Source: Natator depressus
Lineage: Eukaryota
Direction of reading: 5' to 3'
Assembly (NCBI RefSeq): GCF_965152275.1
Contig: NC_134246.1
Coordinates: forward strand, 34,532,151 to 34,596,150
Length of the DNA: 64,000 bases
The position numbers were made by a program, and so were the translations under genes. Below the pieces are notes generated by a model. The model saw nothing but the letters and a program-made list of their open reading frames with translations, was not told the DNA's origin and made no database searches. Below are positions 57,258-64,000 of this stretch, one piece after another; within the stretch, counting starts at the first letter, position 1, and each line of letters begins with the position of its first letter.

Positions 57258-59663
57258 ATGAGTGAAAGAAGACAACGCCCCTCTGGGGCAGCATTCAGAA
57301 AAAGAAAGAAAGCAAAGGAAGCTTTTCTATCTAAGCAGGACGGAGCTCTTCTGAGATACAGACACAAAAATGTTCACGGTGAGCCTTCCGGCCCCAGTGA
57401 GGATGTGAGTGGTGAGGAGATGCCTGATCTTCCAGTTAGAGTGCAGGTGACTTGGCAGCTACTGCAGCATCCATATCTCCTTCTCAAATGGATGTAACCA
57501 TGCACATTCCTGAAGAAAAGCGTAGATCAGAGAAGAGTGTGGTAGAGGCCCAAGAAACAGCTGCTGCTGAGTTTAGTTCCTTAAGTCTAGATGATCCAGG
57601 ACTGTGGACCCACTTGAGCAGTAGCCTGAGGGACTTCCGTGTACTGCATGGGCCACAGCAAGTGAAAAACGTCATGTTCCCCAAAGACAGTGAAAACAGA
57701 AGTTTCCATCCAACACATTACTGGTGTGAAATCCCCAATGGTGACAAAGTGGAGAGGCCGTGGCTTATGTACTCAAAAACCCAGAATGCTGCATACTGTT
57801 TTTGTTGCCAACTCTTCCAATCTAATGTTCCAGCCACATTGGGTTCTACAGGAACAAAGGACTGGAAAAATCTGGCTAGAAATCTGGCATGCCATGGGAA
57901 GGCAGCAAACCTTGGAGTTCATGATGGCCATGAGAGCATTCCATAGGTGGAAAGAGCTTGAGATGAGACTAAGGTTAAAGGCCACCATAGGTGATCAGCA
58001 TCAAGAGAAGACTGATTGCATCAGAGTCTCTTTACTGGCAAAATGTTCTGAAAAGGCTCATTGCCATTGTGAGAATGCTTGCTACCCAAAACCTAGCACT
58101 GCGTGGCACTTCAGATCAGCTGTATGTGCCAAACAATGGAAACTTCCTTAAAATTGTGGAGCTGATGGCTGAATTTGATGCTGTACTCCCGGAGCATCTA
58201 AGAAGAGTCACCACCCAAGAAATGTACACACATCACTACCTTGGAAAAACAATTCAAAATGAGATCGTACAGTTACTGGCAACAAAAGTCAAACAGAAGA
58301 TTGTGGCAGATCTGAAGTCATTAAGATATTACTCTGTTATTCTGGACTGCACACCTGACATCAGCCATACGAACAAATGACTTTAATGGTGTGTTTTGTA
58401 ACAACAACAGAACCTAGTGAAAATCCCCTGCCATGGTGACTGTCAGAGAGCATTTTCTAGAATTTATTGATATTGATGATACTACAGGAGCTGGTATGAC
58501 AAATGTGCTTCTTAAAAAGCTGGAAGATCCGGGAATTGCGATGGCTGACACGAGAGGTCAGGGCTACGATAATGGTGCTCACATGAGAGGAAAGAACAGA
58601 GCAGTGCAGACACGGATCCAAGAGTTAAACCCTTGAGTTTTTTTTGTCCCATGCAGTTCTCATTCATTGAACTTGGTGGTCAGTGATGCAGCATCAGCTT
58701 CTAGTGAGGCTGCTGAATTTTTTAATGTAATTCAAAGCATCTATGTGCTTTTCTCTGCATCAACTCATCGATGGCAAATTTTGAAGCAACAACTGGGAAC
58801 ATCCTCTCTGACACTGAAACCACTGAGTGCCACATGATGGGAAAGTCGAGTGGGGGGGGGGAGGGGGTTAAGCCTATCAAACACCAAATTGGGAAGATAG
58901 ATGATGCCATAGTTGCCATTATGGAGGATAATGCTATGACAGGAACTGTCCATGGGAGAACAGTGGCAGAGGAAAATGGAATCACTGGAAACATACATAA
59001 CTTCAAATTTCTGTGTGGCTTAGTGTTGTGGCATGACATACTGTTTGAAATAAAGGTAAGCAAGAGACTCCAAGGTGTTGACCTTGATATATCTGGAGCA
59101 ATGGACAAAGCAAAGTCATACCTACAGTCTTACCGATCAGATGAGGGATTTCAAAACGTTCTGAAGAGTGCACAGAAGTTGGCAGAGGAGCTTCACATAG
59201 AAGCTATTTTCCCACCCATTCGAGAATACAAGAGTCACCGAAGAAGAATACATTTTGATTACGAGGCACGGGATAATCCCATAAGAGACCCCAAACAACA
59301 ATTCAATTCTTTAACCAGGTGCTAGATTATGCAATACAGTCAGCTGAAGAACGTTTCATGCAGCTCAAGGAGCACAGCAGTATATTTGGGATGTTGTATG
59401 ATATTCCAAAATTCCTCACTATACCTGAAGAAGACCTACACCAGCAATGTAGGGCACTAGAGACAATGTTGACACATGATGACATGCGCAATATTGATGA
59501 GAGTGGGGGGTGGGCGGGGTCACTTGAAGAGTCATGTGGGTGGTCAGGTGGGGAGGTCACATCCCCACCCCTTAGCTGGTGCAGCGTACTGGTAAGAAAT
59601 GAATTCTACTTGCACCACTGCCACTGGTCTAGATCAAAGGGTCTCCTGATTGTGTTGCAATGA
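57258..59663 (+). pseudogene. hAT-superfamily transposase pseudogene (zf-TTF-type finger, DUF4371-like core, hAT C-terminal dimerisation region), spread over four or more frames.
   Basis: FHPTHYWCEIPNGDKVERPWLMYSKTQNAAYCFCCQLF is the zf-TTF finger. WQNVLKRLIAIVRMLATQNLALRGTSDQLYVPNNGNFLKIVELMAEFDAVLPEHLRR is DUF4371-like. ADTRGQGYDNGAHMRGKNRAVQTRIQELNP is followed by a stop, then FFVPCSSHSLNLVV in another frame. 59319-59560 reads LDYAIQSAEERFMQLKEH...LHQQCRALETML. Confidence 0.65.
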
Positions 59664-60289
59664 AGCGGTTTGATGTTTTGAAAGGCTGGGCTAGATTTTT
59701 AAAGGAGGCACTTAGTGCGATTTTTAAAAAATATTTGGGTGCCTGAGACCCATTGAATTCAATGGCTTTTAGGAGCATAGGTTCTTTAGAAAATCCCACT
59801 AAGCATCTAAATATCTTTAAACATCTGGGCCTTTATCTTATTTTCTTGTTGAAAATGTCAAAGTGTCAGACTGTTTCAATCTGTAGTAAATAGAAGGTAC
59901 CCTTTATGTGTTTGTTTTAATAAAATAAAATAAAATAAAATGCAATTCCAGAGTTCTCACTCTGAAGTCTATGATGTCTGTGGAGTCAGTAAAAAGTGAT
60001 GAAAGAGCCAGAAGGATGGCTGAGAGCTTTTTGTTCAGAACACCACCAGGTTGAATCATCACTGGGTTTTGTTGTCTGGTATCATCCAATTTTTAAGTTT
60101 TCAGCCATTTTGACTATACAAATCACACCGGTGTAGTGTACACTACAGTAAGGCATGTATCTACGCCATACCAAGAGCCTAGACCATTGTGATATTAGAA
60201 GTCATTCAGCCAATTACCACCCTTACTTTACAGCTAATCTGCATGCAACAATTTCATGGGTTGCACGAGGGAGACTGCACAGATCCTCA

Positions 60290-60540
60290 CTGCCACTTGT
60301 GCAAATCCACAGAACTCTCCCAACAGATCACCCCAGACACAAATCAACACAACGACTCAAACAACAACACAACCAGCACTCACAATACCCTCTAACATTT
60401 GTAACCCTTTACCACAGCACACACTCCTCATTCGCGAACACAAATCAATACAACCCTTCCAGCATAACCCAACAACCACACCAAGGAACAGAACCATCCA
60501 CCCAACAACATAATTGGCACAAACAATAACCCCAAACTTC
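60290..60540 (+). repeat. Extreme A+C-only strand-biased low-complexity tract (~250 bp) bracketed by ~35-bp direct repeats at 60036-60075 and 60625-60665.
   Basis: caacacaacgactcaaacaacaacacaaccagcactcacaataccc... has almost no G or T on the + strand. The bracketing repeats are caccaggttgaatcatcactgggttt and caccaggttgaatcatcaatgggattc. Confidence 0.6.
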
Positions 60541-61005
60541 ACTCTGAAGCCTAGAATATTGATAGAGTCATTGCGAAGCAATGGAAATAGTTACAAGGCT
60601 GTTTCAGAACAGAACTTTTTTTTTAGAATATCACCAGGTTGAATCATCAATGGGATTCAGGGTCTGCTAATGAGGGGATGGGCTATAATTAAAGAAACAG
60701 ACTTTGGGGGGAAAATAAAGAAAACAGAGACTACTGGAGCGAACTTCACCGCCATGGCTGCCACCATCACCATCATCTGGGACCTCAAGTCTTTTTTGTC
60801 CTAATCCTAAGGTATATTCTAATCAGACCAGGCCAGAGAGAGGGACCCAGATGACAATGGCACCCGTACCAGCTCCAGCTAAAGCCCAAACACCACCAGA
60901 GCTGAAATGGTACTGGACTTCAACAACAGCACTACCAACAACACCTTCAGCTCCTCTCAACTAGCGTCTTCTCTTTTACCCAAAAGGAGAGTTATTACTG
61001 CCTTT

Positions 61006-61299
61006 GGCCTTGTCTACACTTACCGGGGGATCGAAGCGCAGCGATCAATGAATCGGCGGTTGATTTAGCAGGTCTAGTGAAGACCCACTAAATAGACTAC
61101 ATATTGCTCCCCGTCGACATCTGTACTTCAGCAGAATGAGAAGAGTAAGGGGAGTCGACGGGAGAGCATCTCCCATCAACATAGCGTAGTGTGTACCCCA
61201 CGGTAACTAGATCTAAGCTATGTGGACTTGAGTTACGCAATTCATATAACTCAAATTGCATATCTTAGATCGACTTTCCCCTGTAGTGTAGACAAGGCC
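61006..61299. mobile_element. Non-autonomous MITE derived from the Harbinger at 22970-27742. It has perfect 14-bp TIRs (GGCCTTGTCTACAC) and is 294 bp long.
   Basis: Left ggccttgtctacacttaccgggggatcgaagcgcagcg...gatttagcaggtctagtgaagacccactaaat matches the reverse complement of the Harbinger right end gtctacgcttaccgggggatcgacgcg...gatttagtgggtctagtgaagacctgctaaat. The internal cagaatgagaagagtaaggggagtcgac matches Harbinger 27570-27620. Confidence 0.7.
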
Positions 61300-64000
61300 T
61301 TTGATACCATCTAAGAAATGGTCAGACAAGGGATTTTTCCTTCTACAAACTCTCTCCAGCTAAAGGGAAAGGGAAAGAGGGATGTTGTTAAAATGAAAGC
61401 CTGACTTAATACACTACATTTCAAATGCATTATCTGTTTTCTCTTCTTCTCTGCATCTTTAAGAAAAAGGTTTTTTTTAATGGTGTGTTTGCCATGGTCC
61501 TAAGCAGGCTGAGGTCTCTGTGTACCAAACCCCGAACCTTGTTGAACACTTTAATGTTGGGCTGTGTCTGGGTGATGATAACACCTTTGGCCAATATATT
61601 CCATCTAAATTAATACATTTTTCAGTCATTGTGAGTTTGTGAATTACACCTGTCCAAGAACCTGGGCTTTCAGCTACTTGTAATAGAATATTTTAACTAT
61701 TGTATCATATCATATCATGACATGACCTGAACATGACATTGTCTGACATTTTGTGCATGACTCCGCATCTGCATCTCACGAGATAATAAATATAATATGA
61801 GCATGACAAAGAAAATAAATGTCAAAAGAAAACATTCATTTTGAAACAAAGCCTGAACAACATTTTTTAAATTTAATTGTTTTGGAATTTATGTTGTAAC
61901 TGGACATTTAGAAAATATTTGGATTTGTTCCAATCTGGAAACAGATGTCAACCTTTGAAAATTTTACACAAAAAGGAAATTCTGAGTTGCAATCAGCTCT
62001 ATAGTCTCCTTCAACTCTCGCCAATTGCTGTAGATAACTAAATAATGTTAATCTTGTAATCTGTGAAATTCCCTATCATACATATAAACCACTAGAGGGA
62101 ATATTAAAATACTTAGGTAACCTTAGCAATTAATGCAAGATGAAGCTGTCATGTTTTCAAGGGGAACCGAAGTAACTCATTCTAATCAGGCTTTGTGGCT
62201 AAATTCTGATCTCAGCTCACCTGGGGTAAATTCAGAGTCATGCTTTTGAACTCAATGGATTTAGAGCCAGATTCAGCTCTCTGCTGCAAAGATCATTCGA
62301 TTTCACTTGCTATAACTTGAGTAAATCGGGTGTAGCTCCACTGGTTTTAATTTAGCATAATTTACAAAAAAATAGCTATTGACAGACTGTGTCTCTATCC
62401 TGAAAATACCAAATAATAATAAATAATAAAATAAAATACTAATACTAAGACTAATAATAATAATCTTTTTATTTTCTCTTAAATATCCAAAAGCCTTTTT
62501 ATTAACTTTAATTAAATATGTTCCACCTGACAGTGAAGACAAGAAAATACATTGTTTTAAAAATTATAGATTGCTATAGATATATAGAACTATGCATAGC
62601 TATAGTTAAATATAGTCATCTATAATAATATGTAGCTATAGCTATAGATAAATGTGGGGTTATCTTTTTATATGTGGAATATAAAAAACACTACAATATA
62701 ACTGCATTGAATCAAAAGAGCGAGGGAAAAAAAGCAATTAAGTGATATTATTACCTCTCTGTAAAATGTTCCTTGATCATATGATACTTAGTAATCTTTC
62801 TTTTCAAATGCTTAGTATTTCTCAGCTCCATCCTTTCTTGAGGTTTTTGTTTGAAGTATAGAAATTTCAACAGACTATTTTTCAGGTCAAAAAATTACAT
62901 TCTCATCCTGCAGAATTTATCAGCCTTACAGATTTTCTCCTTGATTCTGAGGAGAGATGAAGGCTCATCAAACCACTAATATTTAATGCATTTCATAAGG
63001 GCCAGTAGTAACTTACTACTCCTTAAAGGCCTGATTTGTAGAGGATGCTGCAATCAGCTCCAATCATTCCACTGTCATTAAATGATGACTAAGCAGCATA
63101 ATTAATTAAATCAAAAATACGATCCCCTGTGGAGACATGATTGCTCTAATTGGGATTGGGAAGGGCAGAGGAACTTTCTGAAAAGTTACAGAAAAGAACC
63201 AAAAGGTTTGACTGTTCCATAGATATACTCTTTATGTGAGAAGAGAGGGAATTACCATAGTTGTTCCTTATTAAATGATTTTTATTGATGGAAAATTGTT
63301 TCATAATTACATGGGCTTTCCCGCCCACTCTATTTCTTTTTTCTGGAAAATTTAAGACCTGATCCACCAAATCCAGGGTCTGAAATCACTGGCTTTACAT
63401 CAGCATAAGGCCTGGTTTCCATGTAAAGTTTCACGTCTTTGATTAAAGGTGATTCAATCTGATTTATTTAAGCCAATGCAAATTTGTATGTGCACACTTA
63501 ATATTGGGGACCATGGGAAGTTATCAAGTCCAACCGCTTTTCCGGAGGTAGGACCAACTAAACCTACATCATCCCTGGCTGGTATTTGTCCAACCTGGTC
63601 TTCAAAACCTCCAGTGAGATGGATTCCGCAACCTCCACTGGAAGCCTATTCCAGAGCTTAACTACCCTGAGAGTTAGAAAGTCTATCCTAATATCTACCC
63701 TAAATCTCCCTTGCTGCAGATAAGTCCATTACTATTTGTTCTCCCTTCAGTGGACATGGAGAACAATTGTTCCCCATCCTCTTTATAACAGCCCTTAACA
63801 TATTAAAAGACTGTTATCAATTCCTGCCCCCTTAGTCTTCTTCTCTCAAGACTAAACATGCCCATTTGTTAACCTTTCTTCACAGGTCAGGTTTTCCTAA
63901 ATCTTTATCATTTGTGTCGCTCTCCTGTAGACTCCCATGATGCACATGCTATGTCTCCTTGTGGCTTCATGCTCTCCTGGAAGGTGCCTGGATATTGGAG

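Overview
This window is vertebrate nuclear DNA, not a prokaryotic locus, so no operon or defence-type system can be expected. The repeat content looks turtle-like (CR1 LINEs, an abundant hairpin repeat), which fits a reptile genome, but the species cannot be confirmed from sequence alone.

The first ~12 kb carry a multi-exon macro-WWE-PARP gene (PARP14-like) on the + strand. It appears to be a pseudogene, hit by a CR1 insertion, three nonsense codons, a 20-bp duplication and a frameshift. The rest is a repeat-rich olfactory-receptor region. It holds two single-exon OR genes in convergent orientation, three or more CR1 copies, a Gmr1-like Gypsy LTR retrotransposon, a full-length Harbinger DNA transposon, a hAT transposase pseudogene, and several MITE-like and hairpin repeats and microsatellites.

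The points most worth a second look are listed here.
- The Harbinger is apparently complete, with both of its ORFs intact, and a cognate MITE sits 33 kb away.
- The LTR element has the unusual Gmr1 arrangement (integrase upstream of RT, SCAN-like gag tail).
- One OR gene lacks the DRY motif despite an open frame.
- A hairpin repeat family is flanked by 11-12 bp target-site duplications.

All coordinates were read by eye; domain calls rest on remembered family motifs, not searches.
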